The notes under the pieces are model-generated. The model searched no databases. It saw only the letters and a list, made by a program, of their open reading frames with translations, and was not told the DNA's origin. A stretch of 64,000 nucleotides of DNA from Thermodesulfobacteriota bacterium (lineage in GTDB: Bacteria > Desulfobacterota_D > UBA1144 > Nemesobacterales > Mycalebacteriaceae): the NCBI GenBank assembly GCA_965198945.1, contig CBDAQI010000001.1, forward strand, positions 320,001 to 384,000, written 5' to 3'. Positions within the stretch are counted from its first letter, which is position 1. The number at the start of each line of letters is the position of its first letter. This document shows positions 56,362 to 64,000 of this stretch, in pieces. The position numbers and the translations under genes were made by a program.

Positions 56362-57928
56362 CATATTTTACATGGCGGTTGCGTCTGTGGTTTTTTTCGG
56401 CGCGGGTTTTGCGGTTCATCACATCATTATTTCGTCCAGAGAAAAGAAAGAGCTTTCCAAAAAATCTGTTCTTGCAAAGCGGATTGTTGAAAAGGCGAAA
56501 AAAGACTCTGACAGAATTGTTGAGGGCGCCAAACAGCGCTCGGCGGACCTGTTGCGTAAAAACAAACGGAATTTTGAAAAAATGGAGAAAGACAAGCGCA
56601 AGGAGCTTTTTTCTTTTGAGCAGGAAGCTCGGAAAACTCTTGATTCCGCCAATAAGAAGCTTCAGGAGGTTATTCGGAGAGAGACCGAGCTCGGCCGCAG
56701 ACAGCAAAGTCTTGATTCTCTTGAAAATTCTCTCAAAGAGCGGCACTCGGAGATAGACGAAATAAAAATTGAAACGGTGAGGCGGCTTGAAGAGCTGTCC
56801 GGGCTTTCGTCTGAGGAAATCAAAAACGAGTTGTTTAGGGAGATTGAGGAAGAGGCGAAGAAAGAGGCTTCGCTGAGGGTCAGGGAGATTCACGAGGAGG
56901 CCGAGGCGGAAGCCGGAGGAATGGCCACCAAGGCAATAGCGCTTGCCGTGCACAGATATGCGGGCAAGTATACCGCTGAAAACACATCTTCAACCGTCAC
57001 TCTTCCGGATCCCAACATCAAAGGGAAAATAATCGGGCGCGAGGGCAGGAACATCAGGGCTCTTGAGGTGCGCACGGGGGTTGATTTTGTCATGGACGAC
57101 TCTCCCAATACCGTTGTCCTTTCAAGCTTGAATTCTTTCAGGCGCGAAATTGCCGCTATTTCGCTCAAACGGCTTATTGAAGACGGCAGAGTTCATCCGG
57201 GCAGAATAGAGGAAGTGGTCACCGAGGTTGAAAAGGAGATAGGCGAGGAAATTGAAAAGGCCGGGAAAGACGCGGTTTTTGAGCTCGGAATACACAACAT
57301 GCATCCCGAACTTGTGCGCCATGTGGGAATGTTGAAATACAGAAGAAGTTATGCGCAGAATATTCTCACCCACTCGGTGGAGGTCGCCTTTATCTGCGGG
57401 ATGATAGCGGCCGAGATCGGCTATGACCAGCATCTTGCCAAACGCGCCGCGCTTCTTCACGACATAGGCAAAGCGGTTGACCATGAGGTTGAGGGCTCGC
57501 ATGTCGAGATAGGCACGAAACTTGCAAAGAAATACAAGGAAGACCCGCAGGTTGTAAAAGCGATTGAGCAAAGCCACGATTCGCGGGTTACCGATGTTCT
57601 CTCCATACTTGTTCAGGCGGCGGACGCCATTTCCGCCTCCCGTCCCGGTGCCAGAAAGGAGAGCTATGAAAAATACATACAAAGAGTGGAGGAAATAGAA
57701 GATATCGGCGGCTCGTTTGCGGGTGTGAGCAAATGTTTTGCAATTCAGGCGGGCAGAGAGCTGCGTGTCATAGTTGAGAACACCGCCTTGGATGAGAATG
57801 AAAGCGAGGTTCTTTCAAGAGACATAGCAAGAAAAATACAGGACGAAGTTACCTATCCGGGAAAAATCAAGGTGACGGTGATAAGAGAAACGCGTGCGGT
57901 GGCATACGCTTCCGGGCGGATTTTATAA
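56354..57928 (+). CDS. rny: Ribonuclease Y
   Basis: N-terminal TM, coiled coil, KGKIIGREGRNIR (KH), LLHDIGK (HD), AIQAGRE. Confidence 0.96.
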   Translation: MISIFYMAVASVVFFGAGFAVHHIIISSREKKELSKKSVLAKRIVEKAKKDSDRIVEGAKQRSADLLRKNKRNFEKMEKDKRKELFSFEQEARKTLDSANKKLQEVIRRETELGRRQQSLDSLENSLKERHSEIDEIKIETVRRLEELSGLSSEEIKNELFREIEEEAKKEASLRVREIHEEAEAEAGGMATKAIALAVHRYAGKYTAENTSSTVTLPDPNIKGKIIGREGRNIRALEVRTGVDFVMDDSPNTVVLSSLNSFRREIAAISLKRLIEDGRVHPGRIEEVVTEVEKEIGEEIEKAGKDAVFELGIHNMHPELVRHVGMLKYRRSYAQNILTHSVEVAFICGMIAAEIGYDQHLAKRAALLHDIGKAVDHEVEGSHVEIGTKLAKKYKEDPQVVKAIEQSHDSRVTDVLSILVQAADAISASRPGARKESYEKYIQRVEEIEDIGGSFAGVSKCFAIQAGRELRVIVENTALDENESEVLSRDIARKIQDEVTYPGKIKVTVIRETRAVAYASGRIL

Positions 57929-60007
57929 ATCCTTCGGAACTTCAATTTTTGAAAGGTCTCCGACTTTAAGAAAAAGGTCTTTTATTCGTCCGAGCATGGC
58001 GATGCGGTTTTTTCTTATGCGGCTGTCTTCGTGCATTACCATTGTGCCGTCAAAGAAGTTGTCAATGGGTCTGCGAAGTTTTTCCATAAGATCCAGATGC
58101 GCTTCATAACTGCTTTTGCGGGCTGATTTCTCAATTTGTTCAACCGCTTCCCACAGCTGTTCTTCCGACCTGTTTTCAAACAGTTCCGGACTCACATCTC
58201 TTTCCGCGCCGTCTTTGAGAATGTTTACAACCCTTTTGAAAGAGGCGGCAAGGGCGGTGAAGGATTCGGATTTTCTTGCGTTCTCAATGGCCGCGAGACG
58301 TCTGCGGCAGTCCGTTATACTGTCAAAATTCACGGATATGACCGCTTCCAGTGAGTCATCCTCCGCCTCCCGCGCCATAACGCCCCTGAACCTTCCGGCG
58401 ATAAACTCCGTTATCTCTGCGGATATCTCGTTTATATCAGACTTCGGAGCGGTTGAATAAGGCGCTTTTTTCAAAGACTGCAGTATAAAGTCAGTAAGTT
58501 TGGCGATGCTGAAATCAAGATTTCTCTCAAGCGTTATCCGTATGAGCCCGATTGCCTGCCTTCTGAGCGCAAGGGGGTCTGATGAGCCGCTGGGCTTCAT
58601 GCCCAGATAGAAGCAGGAGCAGATGTTGTCAATTTTGTCGACGATTGCAAGCAGCGCTCCGGTTTCGGTTTCCGGCAGAACGGAATCTCTTGCGGTCGGC
58701 ATGTATTGTTCTTCAATTGCGGCGCACACTTCTTTGCCTTCCCCCTCGGCCTCCGCATAGCGTCTTCCCATAACACCCTGAAGCTCCGGAATTTCAAAAA
58801 CCATCTGTGTGGAAAGGTCGGTCTTGGAAAGTTTTGCGGCTCTTGCGAGTTTCTTTGAAAGGTCTTTTTTGCCCGTTTGGGACGCAAGCTCCGCCGCCGC
58901 TTTCTCAAGGCGTTCGGTTTTGTCGGCATAGCTTCCCAGACCGGAGAGAAAAACCATTGATTCAAGGTCTCCGGTTCTGCCCTCAAGAGTTTTTTTCATG
59001 TCTTCCTTGCGGAAGAACTCCGCGTCGGTAAACCGGGCCCGCAAAACCCTCTCGTTTCCCCTGATAACGGTTTGCGGGTCTGTAACGGGGGTTCCGCAGA
59101 CAAACACAAAATGCGGCATCAGTGTGCCTTTTGATGAAAAAACGGGGAAGTATTTCTGATGGTTTCTCATCACGCCCGTAAGCACCTCTTCCGGCAGATT
59201 CAGGAATTTTTTTTCAAAATTCCCGGAAAGCACCACGGGGTATTCCACAAGCCCGCACACTGTTTCAAGAAGCTCCGTATCGTGACGGGAAACACCGCCC
59301 AGCTTTTTCACCGCCGCGGCAATCCCTTTCTCAATGGCCTTCAAGCGCTCGGCCGGGTCGGCAATTACAAAACGTTTTCTGAGTCCGTTCAGATACCGCT
59401 GCCAGCTCTCCGGCTTGAAAGATTTTCCGCCGGCAAACCTGTGTCCTGAAACCGTGTTTGAAAACGGTATGCCCGGAGGAGTTTGAATCCTCAAAGGTTT
59501 CCCTTGGTAAAAGCAGGATATTTTTCTTATGGGCCTTGCAAAAACCGGGCTTTCACTTTTCCATCTCATTGATTTCGGGCATTTTATACCGGCTATAATT
59601 TTCCCCGTTTCTTCGGTAATAATACTTCTTGAATTTCTGCTCCTTGTCTTTTTTCTAAACACGAGAAATGTGCCCTTGTCTCTTTCGGCAATATCCAGGT
59701 CTTCAACTTTCGCGCCCTTGCTTCGCGCAAATCCCATGGCGGCTTTTGTCGGTGAACCGTCCGGACCGAAAGCCGCCGATTCCGAAGGCCCGAAACTCTC
59801 AACAACCATGTCTTTCTGTCCCGGTTCAAGACCCTCTATTACAAGGGAGAACCTTTTTGGCGTGTGGAAGCAGGTGATTTTGTCAAAACCGACCCCCAGT
59901 TCCCCCAGGCGGTTTTCAAAACGCTCTGAAAGCGCGCGCGCAATACCCGGCGCCATACCGGACGGAATTTCTTCAACCGCCATCTCTATGAAAAGCTCTT
60001 GTTTCAT
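57923..60007 (-). CDS. glyS: Glycine--tRNA ligase beta subunit
   Basis: EEIP, KSMRW, LVEYP, HQKYF, GNERVLRAR..DA, PELQG.MG, GSSDP.ALRR. Confidence 0.96.
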   Translation of the reverse strand: MKQELFIEMAVEEIPSGMAPGIARALSERFENRLGELGVGFDKITCFHTPKRFSLVIEGLEPGQKDMVVESFGPSESAAFGPDGSPTKAAMGFARSKGAKVEDLDIAERDKGTFLVFRKKTRSRNSRSIITEETGKIIAGIKCPKSMRWKSESPVFARPIRKISCFYQGKPLRIQTPPGIPFSNTVSGHRFAGGKSFKPESWQRYLNGLRKRFVIADPAERLKAIEKGIAAAVKKLGGVSRHDTELLETVCGLVEYPVVLSGNFEKKFLNLPEEVLTGVMRNHQKYFPVFSSKGTLMPHFVFVCGTPVTDPQTVIRGNERVLRARFTDAEFFRKEDMKKTLEGRTGDLESMVFLSGLGSYADKTERLEKAAAELASQTGKKDLSKKLARAAKLSKTDLSTQMVFEIPELQGVMGRRYAEAEGEGKEVCAAIEEQYMPTARDSVLPETETGALLAIVDKIDNICSCFYLGMKPSGSSDPLALRRQAIGLIRITLERNLDFSIAKLTDFILQSLKKAPYSTAPKSDINEISAEITEFIAGRFRGVMAREAEDDSLEAVISVNFDSITDCRRRLAAIENARKSESFTALAASFKRVVNILKDGAERDVSPELFENRSEEQLWEAVEQIEKSARKSSYEAHLDLMEKLRRPIDNFFDGTMVMHEDSRIRKNRIAMLGRIKDLFLKVGDLSKIEVPKDL

Positions 60008-60018
60008 TGTTTCCGGTT

Positions 60019-60897
60019 TTATTTTTTCCCGCTTTCAAGCAGGGGGAAGCCGAGTTCCCGGCGTTTTTCCAGCCACGCTTCCGCACAAGCCCCCGCAAGC
60101 GTCCGCACTTTCGCCATGTAGTTTTCCCTTTCGGCCACACCGATTGCACCGCGCGCGTCAAGCAGATTGAAAAAATGCGAGCATTTCATGCAATACTCAT
60201 ATGCCGGAAGCGGCAGCCCGCCGCGCGCCAGTTTTGCGCATTCCTCGCCAAACCGCTCAAAACTTTCGGTTAGCATCTGCCGGTCGGACATCTCAAAGTT
60301 GTATGTTGAAAATTCACGCTCGTTTTCCCTGTGAACCTCCCCGTAGGAAATCCCGCCGTCCCATTCAAGGTCAAAAACATTGTCAACGCCCTGAAGATAC
60401 ATGGAGATTCTCTCGGTTCCATATGTGATTTCGGCCGAAACGGGTTCAAGATCAATCCCTCCCGCCTGCTGAAAATATGTAAACTGCGTTATCTCCATTC
60501 CGTCAAGCCATACTTCCCAGCCCAGCCCCCACGCGCCGAGGGTCGGAGATTCCCAATCGTCTTCAACAAAACGTATGTCATGTTTCATCGGGTCTATCCC
60601 GAAAGATTTGAGCGATTTGAGATACAGTTCCTGTATGTTTTCGGGCGCCGGTTTGATGAGAACCTGAAACTGGTAGTAGTGCTGGAGACGGTTCGGGTTG
60701 TCGCCGTATCTGCCGTCGGCGGGTCTTCTGCAAGGCTCCACATATGCGGCCTTCCAGGGCTCGGGACCGAGACACCTTAAGAATGTGTGCGGGTTGAAGG
60801 TTCCCGCGCCTTTTTCGGTGTCACACGGCTGAACTATCATACAACCCTGTTTTGCCCAGAAATTCTGAAGTGAAAGTATCAGTTTTTGAAAAGTCAT
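60019..60897 (-). CDS. glyQ: Glycine--tRNA ligase alpha subunit
   Basis: [40 protein letters not shown]. Confidence 0.98.
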   Translation of the reverse strand: MTFQKLILSLQNFWAKQGCMIVQPCDTEKGAGTFNPHTFLRCLGPEPWKAAYVEPCRRPADGRYGDNPNRLQHYYQFQVLIKPAPENIQELYLKSLKSFGIDPMKHDIRFVEDDWESPTLGAWGLGWEVWLDGMEITQFTYFQQAGGIDLEPVSAEITYGTERISMYLQGVDNVFDLEWDGGISYGEVHRENEREFSTYNFEMSDRQMLTESFERFGEECAKLARGGLPLPAYEYCMKCSHFFNLLDARGAIGVAERENYMAKVRTLAGACAEAWLEKRRELGFPLLESGKK

Positions 60898-61049
60898 TTT
60901 TAAGTAAGCTCCGGCAAATTCGCTCTAACATTAACACCTAAACTGCGGGAATTAAAATTTTACCGTCGGGCGGCTGAGCCATATTTCGGAAGGTGAAAAA
61001 AGGTTTCTTACCCCTCGGCATTTTTTGTTTATACCTTACCCAATTTGTC

Positions 61050-62655
61050 ATGAATAAAAGATTTTCCGCAGACATTCTCAAAAGCGCCGGTGAGCCCGTC
61101 CTGACCGGGCAAGAGAGGATAGATGCCGAATTGCTGGAGACGGTTCCGGAAGATTTTGCCAAACTGCACGGCGCGGTTCCCGTTTACAGGAAAGGCGGTG
61201 CAATAGTCATGGCTCTTGAGGAGGGGGCCACACCCGATGTTCTGGAATATGTGAAATTCCGTAGCGGAAACGGGGTGGACTTTGTGCGGGTTTCCTCAAG
61301 TGTATTGCGAAAACTCATAGACAAAAACTACGGCGCGGACACCGAAGACATTTTCCGCCCGGACGGGGCTTTTTCCGAAGACACGATAAGTAGGATAGTT
61401 GACGAAGCGGCTCTGGCTTCCCGCAACGGTTATCTCAGCGGGGCTGCGTCTGATTTTTCGCAGTCATCCCCGGTTGTGAAGCTGTCAAATTCCATCATTG
61501 AAGAAGCGTTTTTCAAAAGGGCGAGCGATATACATCTGGAACCATATGAGTAGGGGCTCAGAGTCAGATACAGAATTGACGGGGCTCTTTATGTTTTTCA
61601 CAGGTTTCCCCTGCAGATAGCCGCGATACTGACTTCCCGCATCAAAGTGATGTGTGAACTTGACATTGCGGAAAAGCGGCGGGCTCAGCAGGGGCGGATG
61701 AATTTTCATACATCCGACGGAAAAAATTTTGAATGCAGAGTTTCGGTTGTGCCGGTGATTTTTGGAGAGAAAGTGGCTATCAGAATACTTGACAGGGAGC
61801 GCCTTCACTTCAGCCTGCAAAATTTGGGTTTTGGAGAGTCCCAGCTTGCCGGTTTTGAAAAAACCATAAGAGCAGAAAACGGTATGACACTTATAGCCGG
61901 GCCCACCGGAAGCGGCAAAACAACAACTCTCTACTCCGTTCTTGAAGAGATAAAAAATGAGGAAATCAACATAATCACCGCCGAAGACACGATTGAATAC
62001 AACCTGAGCGGCATAAATCAGGTGCAGATAAGGGAAAGCATCGGGGCTTACCTTTTCCGAGTGCCTGAGGTCTTTTCTCCGTCAAGACCCGGACGTTATT
62101 CTCGTGGGAGAGATCAGAGACTCAAAAACCGCGGACATAGCCATTAAGGCCGCTCTTACCGGGCATTTGATGTTTTCAACAATTCACACCGCAGATGCGC
62201 TGTCCGCCGTTGTCCGTCTGATTGATATGGGCATAGAGCCTTTCCTTGTCGCCTCCTCGCTTCATGCGGTCGTGGCCCAGAGGCTTGTCAGGGTTATATG
62301 CAATTCCTGCAAGGGGCCCGCCGGCACGCTCCCCTCCGCACTCCGCACGGCAGGCATATCCGAGCGCGACTGTCCGCCCGCACGAATCTGCGAAGGCGGC
62401 GGTTGCGCCGAATGTTCTTCAACCGGATACAGGGGCAGGGAGGCCGTGTATGAAGTGGCCGTTGTTGATTCGGAGCTTAAGCGGATAATTGCCGCGGGGG
62501 CGGATATTGAAAAAATGAGACTCTGGGCGTCCCGCAGCGGGATGAGCACGATGAGACGGAACGCGGTCCGTAAACTTTCACTTGGCATAACAACTCTTGA
62601 GGAAGTTATAAAAAATACACCGCCCGACGGCGGAAAAAACGGGAATATGGAATAG
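61050..62655 (+). pseudogene. pilB: PilB/GspE-family assembly ATPase with an in-frame TAG and a +1 frameshift
   Basis: ASDIHLEPYE*GLRVRYRIDG (TAG 61551-53), GPTGSGKTTTLY; G4 at 62043-46 interrupts [14 protein letters not shown]; tetracysteine motif. Confidence 0.88.
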
Positions 62656-62667
62656 GGAAGGTAGTTT

Positions 62668-63903
62668 ATGCCGGTTTTTATCTGGGAGGAATACTCCAAA
62701 GGCCGAAAAGCCCGGGGTGAAATTGAGGCTCAAAACAGGTTCGCCGTGATTGTGCGCCTGAAAAACATCGGGATTTCTTCGCCTTACAATATCAGGGAAA
62801 AACGCGAGGGGCTGTTAAGACGCGCATCCTCAATCCTCAAAACTGAAATTCACATCGGCCCGATACCGCACTCCGCCATATACTCTTTTACCAGAAGGTT
62901 TTCCGTTATGACGGGCGCGGGGATTGACATAGCGCAGGCCCTCAGGGTTCTTGCCGTGCAGGAAACAAACGCCCGTTTCAAGGGAATAATTGAACGGACG
63001 ATGCTTTCAGTGCGCCGCGGAGAGAGTTTGTCTTCCGCTCTTGAAAAACATCCGGAGGCGTTTTCACCACTTTACACGGGGCTTGTCCGCGCCGCCGAGG
63101 CGGGCGGCAACCTCGGTGAAATAATGATGAGTTTTTCCGACAGTCTTCAGAAAGCGGAGCGGTTAAGAAAAAAAGTGAGGGCTGCAATGGTCTATCCTCT
63201 CACGGTTATGTTCACGGCCTTTGTTGTTCTTTTTCTTGCCATGTCATTTCTGGTGCCCGTTTTTGCTCAGGTGTTCAGAGACATGGATGCGCAACCGCCC
63301 GCACTGACACGCGCCGTGATAGGGCTGGGAGTTTTTATGAAATCCAACCTGCCGTATATTGCGGTCTCCGTCTTCGCGGTTTTTCTTTTTCCTTTTGTCT
63401 CATACCGGAGGTCATCAAAAGCCGCCCTGTTTATTGACCGTTTTTCTCTGTATGTTCCGGTTTTCGGAGCAATGGCGCACAGATCAATTCTGGCGCGGTT
63501 CTGCGGAACCCTTGCTTCGCTTCTGCGGGGAGGAGTGCCTCTTGTTTCCGCGCTTGAGGTTGTTTCCTCATCTTCCGACAACAGGTTTTTTTCGGCCGCA
63601 GTCATATCTGCGGCGCGGGCGATGGTCAGGGGCAGGGGGGTTGCGGAGTCTTTCGGCGTCGGAGGGAGTTTATTTCCGGCGGTTTTCATTTCAATGATTG
63701 AAGCCGGAGAGCGTTCCGGAAAACTTCCCGATGTGCTTGAGGGGCTTGCGGAAAGTTATCAGCAGGAGGCGGATTTGATGTCGCTGTCGGTTCAGTCCTC
63801 GGTTGAGAGTGCGGCGACTCTTTTTGTCGGAGCGGCAGTCTCGGTTATAGTGATTTCAATGTATCTGCCGATATTCAGTCTTGTTTCATTTTTTTCGGAA
63901 TAA
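62668..63903 (+). CDS. pilC: PilC/GspF-family inner-membrane platform protein
   Basis: G.SLS.AL..HP..F, AMVYP, VPVFA.VF, GE.SG.L, MYLPIF. Confidence 0.9.
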   Translation: MPVFIWEEYSKGRKARGEIEAQNRFAVIVRLKNIGISSPYNIREKREGLLRRASSILKTEIHIGPIPHSAIYSFTRRFSVMTGAGIDIAQALRVLAVQETNARFKGIIERTMLSVRRGESLSSALEKHPEAFSPLYTGLVRAAEAGGNLGEIMMSFSDSLQKAERLRKKVRAAMVYPLTVMFTAFVVLFLAMSFLVPVFAQVFRDMDAQPPALTRAVIGLGVFMKSNLPYIAVSVFAVFLFPFVSYRRSSKAALFIDRFSLYVPVFGAMAHRSILARFCGTLASLLRGGVPLVSALEVVSSSSDNRFFSAAVISAARAMVRGRGVAESFGVGGSLFPAVFISMIEAGERSGKLPDVLEGLAESYQQEADLMSLSVQSSVESAATLFVGAAVSVIVISMYLPIFSLVSFFSE

Positions 63904-63925
63904 CCCACGACATATCTTTGGTTAA

Positions 63926-64000
63926 ATGGACGGTTCTTCAAAAAAACTGAAAAAAGAGCTTGGGGTGAAAGACATTTTTGCGCTTGCCGCGGGAACTTCT
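63926..64000 (+). CDS. Probable APC-family amino acid permease, N-terminus only
   Basis: MDGSSKKLKKELGVKDIFALAAGTS runs off the window; LK+ELG..D....A.G is typical of APC permease starts. Confidence 0.55.
   Translation, partial: MDGSSKKLKKELGVKDIFALAAGTS

Noticed and set aside
56105..56953. 282-aa antisense ORF and the many other shadow ORFs in the track
   Set aside because: They lie opposite or within confidently identified genes (here rny and the cyclo-ligase) and show no family motifs.
40840..61553. Genome-wide TAG reassignment or pyrrolysine as the cause of in-frame ambers
   Set aside because: TAG ends thiE, gcvH, nadE and gltB at expected positions, prfA is intact, one internal stop is TAA, and no pyl genes are visible.
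1..64000. CRISPR array or cas genes
   Set aside because: No regularly spaced direct repeats with unique spacers and no Cas-like ORFs seen.

Overview
A bacterial chromosomal window of moderate GC, mostly housekeeping genes: leuS 3' end, thiE, thrC, two tRNA-Val, thrS-infC-rpmI-rplT, gcvT/H/P, mfd, leuB, truA, an S41 protease, nadE, gltB/D, tyrS, crcB, dapF, prfA, zapB-zapA-5-FCL-rny, glyQ/S and pilB/C. Four accessory patches interrupt them. (1) A solitary, intact 346-aa gene at 3279-4319 that aligns by eye along its whole length with BPP-1-like phage major capsid proteins but has no phage neighbours. It is the best candidate here for an undescribed system (domesticated capsid or nanocompartment). 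(2) An AT-richer islet after rplT: membrane protein plus ImmA/IrrE peptidase, and a DUF2085-like gene fused to an exported protein. (3) A broken Ig-repeat autotransporter. (4) An ~11-kb defence island between tyrS and crcB, built on a type I R-M system interleaved with a Fic gene (tandem operator), a GIY-YIG nuclease with palindromes, a DUF1828/1829-like gene pair, an AAA-DUF4143 ATPase, a chimeric HsdR/HsdS mini-gene and an orphan toxin-like nuclease. Several dispensable genes carry frameshifts or in-frame stops while the core translation genes are intact; this may be real erosion or assembly error. All family assignments are from motif recognition by eye; no database search was run.
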